The notes: generated from the letters alone by a model not told the origin. Positions 20,046 through 29,804 are shown, numbered from the stretch's first letter. The stretch: 32,000 bases of DNA from Mycolicibacterium smegmatis (GCF_001457595.1 NZ_LN831039.1:6240001-6272000), one strand, 5' to 3'. A program made the numbers and translations.

Positions 20046-21172
20046 GCACCACACCACCGGCCCTCGACATGGGCTCGATTCTCGCCGACACGTCGAACCG
20101 CGTCGTGGTGTGTTGCGGCGCAGGCGGTGTCGGCAAAACCACGACCGCCGCGGCGATGGCGCTGCGGGCCGCCGAGTACGGCCGCACGGTCGTGGTCCTC
20201 ACCATCGACCCGGCAAAGCGTCTCGCGCAGGCGCTCGGCATCAAGGACCTGGGCAACACGCCGCAGCGCGTGCCGTTGGCGCCCGAGGTGACCGGGGAAC
20301 TGCACGCGATGATGCTCGACATGCGTCGCACGTTCGACGAGATGGTGATGCAGTACTCGGGTGCCGGTGTGGCCGACCAGATTCTGGAGAACCAGTTCTA
20401 CCAAACTGTCGCCACCTCGCTCGCGGGCACGCAGGAGTACATGGCGATGGAGAAACTCGGGCAGTTGCTGTCCGAGGACAAGTGGGATCTGGTGGTCGTC
20501 GACACGCCGCCGTCGCGCAACGCTCTGGACTTCCTGGATGCACCGAAACGGTTGGGCAGCTTCATGGACAGCCGCCTGTGGCGCATGCTGCTCGCCCCCG
20601 GTCGCGGTATCGGCAAGCTCGTCACAGGTGCCGTCGGGCTCGCGATGAAGGCGATGTCGACCGTGCTGGGCTCCCAGATGCTCTCCGACGCAGCCAGTTT
20701 CGTGCAGTCCCTGGACGCCACGTTCGGTGGGTTCCGCGAGAAGGCCGACCGCACCTACGATCTGCTCAAACGCCGGGGCACCCAGTTCGTGGTGGTGTCC
20801 GCGGCCGAACCGGACGCGCTGCGCGAGGCATCGTTCTTCGTCGACCGGCTTTCCGGTGAGCGCATGCCGCTCGCGGGCCTGATCCTCAACCGCACACATC
20901 CGACGCTGTGCGATCTGCACGCCGAGAAGGCCGAAGAGGCCGCCGACGAACTCGCTGCCGAGGATCCCGACTCGCTGACCGCCTCGGTGTTGCGCATCCA
21001 CGCCGACCGCGCGCAGACGGCCAAGCGCGAGGTGCGTCTGCTTTCGCGGTTCACCGGCGCCAACCCGCACGTCGCGATCGTCGGGGTGCCGTCACTGCCG
21101 TTCGACGTTTCCGATCTCGAGGCGCTGCGCGCGATCGCCGATCAGATCACCGGCGTCACCGAAACCGCCTAG
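20042..21172 (+). CDS. ArsA/GET3-like anion-transporting ATPase, second subunit (Rv3680-like)
   Basis: 376 aa; [46 protein letters not shown]; 4-bp overlap with previous gene. Confidence 0.93.
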   Translation: MSTTPPALDMGSILADTSNRVVVCCGAGGVGKTTTAAAMALRAAEYGRTVVVLTIDPAKRLAQALGIKDLGNTPQRVPLAPEVTGELHAMMLDMRRTFDEMVMQYSGAGVADQILENQFYQTVATSLAGTQEYMAMEKLGQLLSEDKWDLVVVDTPPSRNALDFLDAPKRLGSFMDSRLWRMLLAPGRGIGKLVTGAVGLAMKAMSTVLGSQMLSDAASFVQSLDATFGGFREKADRTYDLLKRRGTQFVVVSAAEPDALREASFFVDRLSGERMPLAGLILNRTHPTLCDLHAEKAEEAADELAAEDPDSLTASVLRIHADRAQTAKREVRLLSRFTGANPHVAIVGVPSLPFDVSDLEALRAIADQITGVTETA

Positions 21173-21987
21173 CGGTTCTGCAGGTACCGGCGGATCTCGC
21201 AGCCCAGCCATCCCATGGTGTCCAGGACCGGGTCGCGGTGGTCCTGCCCCCACGCCCAGTTGGCCAGGACGGCGTAGCCGACGCTGCGATCGCCGTGCGT
21301 GGCGCATCCGATGTCGATGCGCGCGTCGGAGATGGTTCCGGTCTTGTTCCACAGTGCGAACCGGTCGGGTTCGGTGTGTGCCAGCGGGTCGAGACCGAAG
21401 GCGCGCGCCACCATGGACAGGTCGGTGTTGACGCCCAACCAGGTGCGCACCTGGCGGGAGACCTCGGCGCCGTGGATGTCACCGGAGTGCAGGCGCGCCA
21501 CGAACTCACACAGTTCGGCGGCATTGCCTGTCGACAAGGTGAGCGGATCGTCCTGAGATCGGTTCAGCCGCACCCGGTCCCGCAGTCCGCTGGCCGTGAA
21601 ACCCAGATCTTTCGTGGCGCGCTGCACCTCGTCGAGTCCGAGCCGGCGCAGCAGGATGTTGGTGGCCATGTTGTCGCTCACCGCACCGATCAGCAGACAC
21701 AGATCGTCGATGCGCAGGTCCTGCCCCTGCAACAGGTAGAGAATCCCGGAGTCCGCCACCACGTCTTCTGGTGCGGCCGTGACGATCTCGGCGGGGTCCA
21801 GGGTCCTGTTCTCGAACCGCCGGGCCACCTCGGCCAGCAGGAATATCTTCCCGACGCTGGCCGTCTTGAGCACGCGCTCGGGGTCGTGCTCCCACAGGAT
21901 CTCACCGGTGTTCAGGTCGGTGATGCGGACCGACCACGCGGCCATGTCCGTCAGCATCGACGATGCGCGGGTGAAGAAGTCACTCAT
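21169..21987 (-). CDS. Class-A beta-lactamase-fold serine hydrolase, no signal peptide
   Basis: 272 aa from ATG 21987: [58 protein letters not shown]...; SxxK (SVGK), SDN ([10 protein letters not shown]), KTG ([14 protein letters not shown]). Confidence 0.85.
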   Translation of the reverse strand: MSDFFTRASSMLTDMAAWSVRITDLNTGEILWEHDPERVLKTASVGKIFLLAEVARRFENRTLDPAEIVTAAPEDVVADSGILYLLQGQDLRIDDLCLLIGAVSDNMATNILLRRLGLDEVQRATKDLGFTASGLRDRVRLNRSQDDPLTLSTGNAAELCEFVARLHSGDIHGAEVSRQVRTWLGVNTDLSMVARAFGLDPLAHTEPDRFALWNKTGTISDARIDIGCATHGDRSVGYAVLANWAWGQDHRDPVLDTMGWLGCEIRRYLQNR

Positions 21988-23401
21988 CGGTTCTCGCAGC
22001 CTGTTTCGTGTCTGTGGCGGGCACCTGGCCGTGACGTTTGCGCAGGGCATAGGCGAGCAGGACGACCGCCAGGCTGACCACGCTCGCCAACAGTTGCACG
22101 CGCTGATCGGCGTCGAACAACATGGCCACGAGAACCAGGACGAAGCATGCGATCACCGCGATCGGCAGGTACGGGAAGAACCACATCTTGAGCGTCAGTT
22201 TCGCGGGGTCCTCACGTTCGATGGCCCGGCGCACCCGCAACTCCGAGACCCCGATCATCACGTACATGAAGATCGCCACCACGCCGCACGAGTTCACCAG
22301 GAACAGGAACAGCGAATCGGGCGCGATGTAGGCCAGCACCACCGAGACCCACCCGACGACGGTGCTCGCGAGGATCGCGCGGGTGGGGACACCGCGAGTG
22401 TTGGTGCGCACCAGCCACTGTGGCGCATCGCCGTGTGACGCGAGCACCCGCAGCATGCGTGAGGACGTGTAGATCGACGAGTTGAGCACCGAGAGCACCG
22501 CGGTGAGGATGACGATGTTCATGATCAGTCCCGCACCGGGGATCTGCAGTTTCTCCAGCGCCGCGACGTACGGACTGGACAACACGGATGCGTCGTTCCA
22601 CGGCAGGATGCACACCACCAGGAAGATCGACCCGACGTAGAAGAGGATGATCCGCCAGATGACGCCCGTGGTGGCCCTGGCAACCGATTTCGCCGGTTCG
22701 GCGCTCTCCGCCGCTGCGATGGTGACGATCTCGGCCCCGCCGAACGCGAAGATCACCACGACCACGGCCCCGAAGATCGATCCGAATCCGTTGGGCGCGA
22801 AGCCTCCGTGGGCCACCAGGTTGGTCAACCCGTTGGTGTCACCCGGCCACACGCCGAACACCCACAGCAGGCCGACGACGATGAAGGACACGATCGCGGC
22901 GACCTTGATGCCGGAGAACCAGAACTCGAACTCGCCGAACCACCGCACCGAGATGAGGTTGGTCAACGTCAGCGCGGCCATCAGCAGCATCGCCATGAGC
23001 CACAGCGGAAGCCCCACCCAGACAGCCAGGATCTGCGCTCCCGCAACGGCTTCCACCGCGATGATGATCACGTAATAGTACCAGTACAGCCAGCCGAGCG
23101 TGAACCCGGCCCACGGGCCGATGCCGATCCGGGCATAGTCGGCGAACGCGCCGGTCCTGGGTTTCGCCACGACCATCTCGCCGAGCATCCGCAGGGTGCA
23201 CAGCACGAGCGCACCGGCCACGACGTACGACACGATCGCGGCCGGGCCCGCGGTCTTGATCACCGCGCCGCTGCCGACGAAGAGCCCGGCACCGATGGCG
23301 CCGCCGATCGCGATCATGGTCATATGCCGCGTTCTCAGCGACCGGGCGAGGCCGGAGCGGGGTTCGTCGGACGAGGACAGATCGGATCTCGATTCGAGCA
23401 T
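21980..23401 (-). CDS. APC-superfamily amino-acid permease (GABA/AnsP-type)
   Basis: 473 aa; RHMTMIAIGGAIGAGLFVGSGAVIKTAGPAAIVSYVVAGALVLCTLRMLGEM; overlaps next gene by 8 bp. Confidence 0.9.
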   Translation of the reverse strand: MLESRSDLSSSDEPRSGLARSLRTRHMTMIAIGGAIGAGLFVGSGAVIKTAGPAAIVSYVVAGALVLCTLRMLGEMVVAKPRTGAFADYARIGIGPWAGFTLGWLYWYYYVIIIAVEAVAGAQILAVWVGLPLWLMAMLLMAALTLTNLISVRWFGEFEFWFSGIKVAAIVSFIVVGLLWVFGVWPGDTNGLTNLVAHGGFAPNGFGSIFGAVVVVIFAFGGAEIVTIAAAESAEPAKSVARATTGVIWRIILFYVGSIFLVVCILPWNDASVLSSPYVAALEKLQIPGAGLIMNIVILTAVLSVLNSSIYTSSRMLRVLASHGDAPQWLVRTNTRGVPTRAILASTVVGWVSVVLAYIAPDSLFLFLVNSCGVVAIFMYVMIGVSELRVRRAIEREDPAKLTLKMWFFPYLPIAVIACFVLVLVAMLFDADQRVQLLASVVSLAVVLLAYALRKRHGQVPATDTKQAARTDE

Positions 23402-23414
23402 GAGGCAATGCCAA

Positions 23415-24794
23415 TCAGTCGGAGGGGCGGTTGGGCGGGCGAAACGTCAGTGGTTCGAGTGATGGTTCACCGGCCTCTGCGACGATCTGCTCGATCGTCT
23501 GGGCCCGGCGGGCCAGTGACCACCGTCGGTCACCGTGCTGGTCGGTTCCCACGGTGTAGACGGCGGGTCTGGGTAATGCGTTGTAGGAGAAGTGCGTCGA
23601 GAAGTAATAGCCGCCGGTGTCGGGGACGGCGACCAGGTCACCTGCGTGGACCGGCGGCAGTTCCCGTCCGACGGCGAGCATGTCCCCGGTGAAGCAGGCG
23701 GGGCCCGCCACGTCCTGCACCCGAGGCGGGTCGTCGCGGCGCCGCCCGTGCGCGTCGTACACCTCGACCCGCAGTGGCCAGGCCTCGGGCGCGAAGATCG
23801 AGCGGGTGGCCACCTGCACACCGGCGTGGGTGATGGCGATCGGACGCCCGCCCGTCACCTTCGTGTACTCGACGCGGGCGACGACGGTGCCGGCCTTGGC
23901 GGTCAGCGCCCGGCCGAATTCGGTCACCACGGTGTAGGTCCCGTCGAACAGACGCGGGGCAGCGGCCTGCAGCGCCGCCCGGTGGTCGGCGAAAGTCGGT
24001 GTGACGTCGTCGGATCGGAAGTTCACCGGCAGTCCGCCACCGACGTCGATCCGCTGGATCTGCCGCGATCCGGCCCGTGCGTCGATGTCGGCGGCCAGGT
24101 CTGTCGTGAGCCGCACGCCTTCGGCCGCGTGCTCCAGGCTCATCCCCTGTGAGCCGCTGTGGACGTGCAGCTGCGTCAGCCAGGGCCGGGTTGCGAAGGC
24201 GTCGATGATCTCGTCACGGTGGTCGGCCAACCCGATGCCGAACTTCGACGTCGAGGTGGCCGTACTCATCGCGTCGATGGTTCCGGCACCGGTCTGGGGA
24301 TTCACCCGCACCCCGATCACCGACCGGGGCCTGCCGTTGCGAGCGACGGCCGCGTCGATCCGCGCGAGTTCCTCGAAGTTGTCGACGTTGAACGACACCC
24401 CCAACTCGAGCGCCCTGGCGATCTCGGTCGGGGTCTTGGCCGGCGAGTCGAACACGATGCGCTCGGCCGGAAACCCGGCCGCGAGTGCGAGTTCGAGCTC
24501 GCCGGGGCTGGCCACCTCGCATCCGAACCCCGCCGCGGCGAACCGCGCGAGAACCGGCCGCAGCGATATCGCCTTGGCCGCGATCGTGTGCAGAGCCGGC
24601 AGATCGGCCGGGTACGCCGCGTGCAGCGACGCCATGAGTTCGTCGAGGGTGTCGAGGTCGATGACCCCGCACAGCGGGTGCAGATCGTCGATGAACCCCT
24701 GCCGGACCACGTCGGCGACGATCTGTTCGCGCCGGTACAGGAGCTCCTCCGGGCTCGGCAGTGGTGCGCCGGCCCGCGGTGGTGCGTCAGTCAC
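23415..24794 (-). CDS. Fold-type III PLP-dependent decarboxylase, diaminopimelate decarboxylase-like
   Basis: 459 aa; HTIAAKA (PLP Lys), LHVHSGSQ, DVGGGLPVNF, TEFGRALTAKAG, CFTGDMLAVG, GGYYFSTHFSYNALPRP. Confidence 0.85.
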   Translation of the reverse strand: MTDAPPRAGAPLPSPEELLYRREQIVADVVRQGFIDDLHPLCGVIDLDTLDELMASLHAAYPADLPALHTIAAKAISLRPVLARFAAAGFGCEVASPGELELALAAGFPAERIVFDSPAKTPTEIARALELGVSFNVDNFEELARIDAAVARNGRPRSVIGVRVNPQTGAGTIDAMSTATSTSKFGIGLADHRDEIIDAFATRPWLTQLHVHSGSQGMSLEHAAEGVRLTTDLAADIDARAGSRQIQRIDVGGGLPVNFRSDDVTPTFADHRAALQAAAPRLFDGTYTVVTEFGRALTAKAGTVVARVEYTKVTGGRPIAITHAGVQVATRSIFAPEAWPLRVEVYDAHGRRRDDPPRVQDVAGPACFTGDMLAVGRELPPVHAGDLVAVPDTGGYYFSTHFSYNALPRPAVYTVGTDQHGDRRWSLARRAQTIEQIVAEAGEPSLEPLTFRPPNRPSD

Positions 24795-24917
24795 CTGTAA
24801 AACCTATGAACACCGTGGCCGGTGGAGGGAGTCGTGCGGGCTGAGAAAATCCGGGCGAATCTTCGTCGGATCCGGAGAGCGACACCACGCCGCGATCGGC
24901 GCCCTCTCCGGAATGCA

Positions 24918-26534
24918 CTAACGAGATCCCCGTTTCTCGTCGAAGTGCACAGTGGCGCGTACGGATTCACCGCGTCGCTCCCACACCAGCAGTGCCAGGG
25001 CCGCCCGCAGTCGCGCCGCTGCCGACTGCAGGTCCAGCCCGGCCACCGCGGTGATCCGGTCCAGCCGGTAGCGCAGCGAGTTGGCGTGGATACCGAGTTC
25101 GCGGGCCGCACCGCTCAGGTTGCCGGGGTGGTCGAGGACCGCAGCGACGGTGTCGACGAACGCGGTGCCGTGGTCGATGTCGTGACGACGCAACGCGCGC
25201 AACGGTTCCGCGATGGCGTCGCCAAGCGGGTCGAGCAGGTCCGCGGCCCGGACCAAGGTGAGCGGGTCGGCCACGTCGGCTGCCGTGATCACCGGCGGGG
25301 TCGCTTCGCGTGTGCGTCGGCAGCCGATGTCGAGGGCGGCCGCGTCGAGAACCTGACGCGCGACGACAGCGGAGCGCTGCAGGTCCAGGATGGAGTCGAC
25401 CACCGAACCCACGGCGACGGTGCCGCAGCGGGCGCGTGAGACCCGCGCCAGGTGCACGGACAGATTGCCTGCGACGTCGGCGTCGGTCACCTCGTCGTCC
25501 TGCAGCGGAACCACGACGAGCAGATCCGTTCCCACCCGCGCCGGCCGCGCCCCGGCGCGCAGCGCCTGCATGTGGAACATCAGCGAGCGGGACTCGGGCG
25601 CATCAGCTCCCAGCGCGACGACGACGTGCCTGGTGTCCGGTTGCAGACCGAGCAGCGCGGCGGGGACGCCGGGATCGACTCCGCGCGAGATCAGATCGAC
25701 GAGCGCGGCCTCACGGAGGCGACGCTCGTACTGCTCGAGGTGGACCTCGCGCAGCATCATCGCGGCTGCCGTCTGGCGCACCTGCAGCAGCAACTGGCGC
25801 AGCGCGTCGCGGTCGGTGGCGTCGTCCAGCGCCGCCCAGATCGTGCCGAGCGTCTCGCCCCCGGTCTTCACCGAGACCACCATGCGCGCCGGGTCGCCGT
25901 TCTCGGCGTTGCGCACCACGACGTCGTCGGAGCGCCACACCGCGGGCAGGAATCCGGTGGACATGAGCCGTTCGACGCGCCAGGCCGGGACGGCGCCGCC
26001 CAGGATGGTCTGGTTGCGAATCGGGTCGACGTCGTGCCCGACGACGGCGTAGGCGAGCACCCGCGAGTCGAGATCCTCGATGGTCACCGGCGCCCCGGTC
26101 CGCGTGCTGATCCAGCGGGCGAGGGCCTGCAGATTGTCGACCTGAGGCGCCGGGTCGACCGTGTGGCCCGCGCCGAGCAGGCGGACCAGGACGCGGAACA
26201 ACTCGCTCCACCCCACCCACGGAGAGCGGCGGAACAGCCTGGCGGTGTGGCCGCGCACCAGGGAGAGGTCCGTCGTCGCGCCGGGCGGAAGTACAACGGC
26301 CCCAGCGGTTCCCACCTCGTCGAGCAGGGATCCGAGCACGAAACGGTCATCGATGCGGGAGTTGACCAAGACGATCGTGCCGCGGTAGTCGGCCGGTTCG
26401 CCCGGTTCGTGCAGGGCGACGTCGCTCACCAGTGGGTCGTCGCCGGGATCCCTCGCCCCGGCCAGCGGGATCAGCATTCCGGCGGCGCCTGAGATCATCG
26501 CCGACAGCGGAAGCGTGCGAGCAGGATCAGTCAC
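24918..26534 (-). CDS. PucR-family transcriptional regulator (CdaR/GAF-like with C-terminal HTH_30)
   Basis: 538 aa; C-terminal FVDTVAAVLDHPGNLSGAARELGIHANSLRYRLDRITAVAGLDL. Confidence 0.88.
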   Translation of the reverse strand: MTDPARTLPLSAMISGAAGMLIPLAGARDPGDDPLVSDVALHEPGEPADYRGTIVLVNSRIDDRFVLGSLLDEVGTAGAVVLPPGATTDLSLVRGHTARLFRRSPWVGWSELFRVLVRLLGAGHTVDPAPQVDNLQALARWISTRTGAPVTIEDLDSRVLAYAVVGHDVDPIRNQTILGGAVPAWRVERLMSTGFLPAVWRSDDVVVRNAENGDPARMVVSVKTGGETLGTIWAALDDATDRDALRQLLLQVRQTAAAMMLREVHLEQYERRLREAALVDLISRGVDPGVPAALLGLQPDTRHVVVALGADAPESRSLMFHMQALRAGARPARVGTDLLVVVPLQDDEVTDADVAGNLSVHLARVSRARCGTVAVGSVVDSILDLQRSAVVARQVLDAAALDIGCRRTREATPPVITAADVADPLTLVRAADLLDPLGDAIAEPLRALRRHDIDHGTAFVDTVAAVLDHPGNLSGAARELGIHANSLRYRLDRITAVAGLDLQSAAARLRAALALLVWERRGESVRATVHFDEKRGSR

Positions 26535-26666
26535 TGCTTCTGGTCATCGGGTACCACGACTGCCGACATTACAGTCGTGCGGCCGGTGTCGCGCCCCGAC
26601 AGAACGGCACCAACGCGCGGCCTCCCGCCTGAGCGAACCGTCGGAAGCGTGCCCGCAAACGAACGA

Positions 26667-26685
26667 GCCCGCCTGCTCGGCGGGC
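26667..26685 (-). terminator. Hairpin downstream of whiB4
   Basis: GCCCGCC TGCTC GGCGGGC perfect 7-bp stem; weak U-tract on the minus strand. Confidence 0.5.
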
Positions 26686-26697
26686 CCGGTCGGTTTC

Positions 26698-27078
26698 TCA
26701 GACTGCGCTGCGGTGCTTGCGCTGAGCCGCGAAGAAATCGGCCCAGGAGCTCACTTCGGGGTGCTGCTTGAGCAACGCCCGGCGTTGGCGTTCGGTCATG
26801 CCTCCCCACACGCCGAACTCAACTCGATTGTCGAGCGCGTCCGCGCCGCATTCGAGGATCACCGGGCAATGCCGGCAGATCACCGCGGCCTTGCGCTGCG
26901 CCGCGCCGCGGACGAACAGCTCGTCGGGGTCGGCCTGACGGCAGCGCGCCTGCGACACCCACGCGATCCGCGCTTCGGAGTCCCGGTGCTGTGCGGTGTT
27001 CGTGGTCGTAGAGAGAGTGCTCGCCTTACGTGCGACAGTGTGTGTAGCTGACACCAGCGATCCCTTCATTCCAGCCAT
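26698..27078 (-). CDS. whiB4: WhiB4 redox-sensing Fe-S transcription factor
   Basis: 126 aa; four Cys (ARCRQAD, VICRHCPVILECGADAL), GVWGGMTERQRRALL. Confidence 0.95.
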   Translation of the reverse strand: MAGMKGSLVSATHTVARKASTLSTTTNTAQHRDSEARIAWVSQARCRQADPDELFVRGAAQRKAAVICRHCPVILECGADALDNRVEFGVWGGMTERQRRALLKQHPEVSSWADFFAAQRKHRSAV

Positions 27079-27350
27079 CTACCCCTGATGGCGGGCATCA
27101 AGCCCCTCCGGTAGAACGCCTATGCGATCTATGCCACATTGCGCCAAGTGGTGTTACCTGGATCGCACTGTGCATCCAAGCTAGGTGGTCAGAGGGTATT
27201 TACGCAACAGTTTGGAACCCCCTTTTTTGGGACGGCCGTGCAGTCTGCCCCCACAGGTGGCCCCTCGTGGGGTTTTGCCCGAGGTAGGGGGATGCGCCCG
27301 TCGGGCCGCTGGCCCCTGAGGGCTCCCAGCAAGCTCGTTACTCTGTATGC

Positions 27351-29804
27351 ATGCCGGAGCTGCCGACAGGACCTTCCGCGCAGCCACCGCGGGCGGTCAT
27401 CGTCATCAAGCTCGCTTGGTGCTGCCTTCTCGCAAGTGTGCTCGCGGCCGCTTTGATGTTCCCCGTCGTGGGCGGGTTCGGGCTCATGTCCAACCGCGCC
27501 TCCGACGTCGTGGCCAACGGTTCCGCGGCCCTCGTCGAGGGTGAGGTACCGCAGGTGTCGACCATGGTCGACGCCAAGGGAAACACCATCGCGTGGCTGT
27601 ACTCGCAACGCCGCTTCGAGGTTCCCAGCGAACAAATCGCCAACACCATGAAGCTCGCGATCGTGTCCATCGAGGACAAGCGGTTCGCCGAGCACAACGG
27701 CGTCGACTGGCAGGGCACGCTGACGGGCCTCTCCGGCTATCTGTCCGGCAACCCCGACACCCGCGGCGGATCGACCATCGAACAGCAGTACGTCAAGAAC
27801 TATCAGCTGCTGGTGGTCGCGCAGACCGACGCCGAGCGTCGCGCCGCCATCGAGACCACCCCGGCGCGCAAGCTGCGCGAGATCCGGATGGCGCTCACGC
27901 TCGACAAGACGTTCACCAAGCCCGAGATCCTCACGCGCTATCTCAACCTGGTGTCGTTCGGTAACGGCGCATACGGTATCCAGGACGCCGCCCAGACGTA
28001 CTTCGGCGTCAACGCCTCCGAGCTCAACTGGCAGCAGGCCGCCCTGCTGGCCGGCATGGTGCAGTCCACCAGCGCGCTGAACCCCTACACCAACCCCGAC
28101 GGTGCCCTGGCCCGCCGGAACCTGGTGCTGGACACGATGATCCAGAACATCCCGCAGGAGGCCGAGGCGCTGCGGGCCGCCAAGGAGCAGCCGCTGGGCA
28201 TCCTGCCGCAGCCCAACGAGCTGCCGCGCGGCTGCATCGCCGCGGGCGACCGCGCGTTCTTCTGCGACTACGTGCTGGAGTACCTGGCCCGCGCGGGCAT
28301 CAGCAAGGAGCAGGTGGCCAAGGGCGGCTACCTCATCAAGACGACGCTGGACCCTGACGTGCAGTCCTCGGTCAAGTCGGCCATCGACAGCATCGCGGCT
28401 CCGGACACCCCCGGCGTCGCGAGTGTCATGAGCGTGATCAAGCCAGGCAAGGAGTCCCATCCGGTGCTCGCGATGGCGAGCAACCGTACCTACGGCCTCG
28501 ACACCGAACGCGGCGAGACCATGCAGCCGCAGCCGTTCTCCCTGGTGGGCAACGGTGCGGGCTCGGTGTTCAAGATCTTCACGGTGGCCGCGGCCATGGA
28601 GATGGGCATGGGCATCAACACCCAGCTGCCCGTCCCGGCCCGGTTCGAGGCCAAGGGCCTGGGCAGCGGCGGTGCGCGCGGCTGCCCGCCCGCAACGTGG
28701 TGCGTGCAGAACGCGGGGGGCTACCGCGGGTCGATGAGCGTCACCGATGCGCTGGCCACCTCGCCGAACACCGCGTTCGCCAAGCTCATCTCGCAGATCG
28801 GGGTGCAGCGCGCGGTCGACATGGCGGTCCGGCTGGGCCTGCGGTCCTACGCGCAGCCGGGCACCGCGCGTGACTACGACCCCGAGAGCAGTGAGAGCCT
28901 GGCCGACTTCGTCAAGCGCCAGAACATCGGCTCGTTCACGCTGGGTCCCATCGAGGTCAACGCGCTCGAGCTGTCCAACGTGGCCGCGACACTGGCCTCG
29001 GGCGGCACGTGGTGCCCGCCGAATCCGATCGCGCAGGTGGTGGACCGCAACGGCAACGAGGTCGCCGTCACCACCGAGACCTGCGAGCAGGTGGTTCCCG
29101 AAGGGCTGGCCAACACCCTCGCCAACGCCATGAGCAAGGACGACACCGGCTCCGGCACCGCGGCGGCCTCCGCCGGCTCGGTGGGCTGGAACCTGCCGAT
29201 GTCCGGCAAGACCGGAACCACCGAGGACAACCGGTCCTCGGCGTTCCTCGGGTTCACCAACCAGTACGCCGCGGCCAACTACATCTACGACGACTCCCCC
29301 AACCCCAGCGAGCTGTGCTCGTTCCCGCTGCGCCAGTGCGGCAGCGGCAACCTGTTCGGCGGTAACGAGCCGGCCCGCACGTGGTTCACCGCGATGAAGC
29401 CGATCGCCGAATCGTTCGGCCCGGTCGCGTTGCCGCCCACCGATCCGCGCTATGTCGACGGCGGGCCGGGCTCGCGCGTGCCGAGCGTGTCGGGGCTCAC
29501 CGAGGAAGCCGCGCGCCAGCGGCTCAAGGAGGCCGGTTTCCAGGTGGCCGATCAGGCCAGCTACGTCAACAGCGGCGCGCGGTCGGGCACCGTCGTCGGC
29601 ACCACCCCCAGCGGGCAGACCATCCCCGGCTCGATCATCACGATCCAGCTGAGCAACGGCATCCCGCCGCCACCGCCGCCGCCGGTGAACATCCCGCTCC
29701 CGGGTGGTCCGCCCGAGATCGGCCAGACGGTGGTCGAGATCCCCGGCCTGCCGCCCATCACGGTGCCGGTGCTGGGACCGCCTCCGCCGCCGCCACCGCC
29801 GTGA
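27351..29804 (+). CDS. ponA2: Bifunctional class A penicillin-binding protein PonA2 with PASTA domain and Pro-rich tail
   Basis: 817 aa; glycosyltransferase IVSIEDKRFAEHNGVDW, RGGSTIEQQYVKN; transpeptidase GNGAGSVFKIFTV, SPNTAFAKL, SGKTGTTEDN; C-terminal PASTA then PPPPPPP. Confidence 0.96.
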   Translation: MPELPTGPSAQPPRAVIVIKLAWCCLLASVLAAALMFPVVGGFGLMSNRASDVVANGSAALVEGEVPQVSTMVDAKGNTIAWLYSQRRFEVPSEQIANTMKLAIVSIEDKRFAEHNGVDWQGTLTGLSGYLSGNPDTRGGSTIEQQYVKNYQLLVVAQTDAERRAAIETTPARKLREIRMALTLDKTFTKPEILTRYLNLVSFGNGAYGIQDAAQTYFGVNASELNWQQAALLAGMVQSTSALNPYTNPDGALARRNLVLDTMIQNIPQEAEALRAAKEQPLGILPQPNELPRGCIAAGDRAFFCDYVLEYLARAGISKEQVAKGGYLIKTTLDPDVQSSVKSAIDSIAAPDTPGVASVMSVIKPGKESHPVLAMASNRTYGLDTERGETMQPQPFSLVGNGAGSVFKIFTVAAAMEMGMGINTQLPVPARFEAKGLGSGGARGCPPATWCVQNAGGYRGSMSVTDALATSPNTAFAKLISQIGVQRAVDMAVRLGLRSYAQPGTARDYDPESSESLADFVKRQNIGSFTLGPIEVNALELSNVAATLASGGTWCPPNPIAQVVDRNGNEVAVTTETCEQVVPEGLANTLANAMSKDDTGSGTAAASAGSVGWNLPMSGKTGTTEDNRSSAFLGFTNQYAAANYIYDDSPNPSELCSFPLRQCGSGNLFGGNEPARTWFTAMKPIAESFGPVALPPTDPRYVDGGPGSRVPSVSGLTEEAARQRLKEAGFQVADQASYVNSGARSGTVVGTTPSGQTIPGSIITIQLSNGIPPPPPPPVNIPLPGGPPEIGQTVVEIPGLPPITVPVLGPPPPPPPP

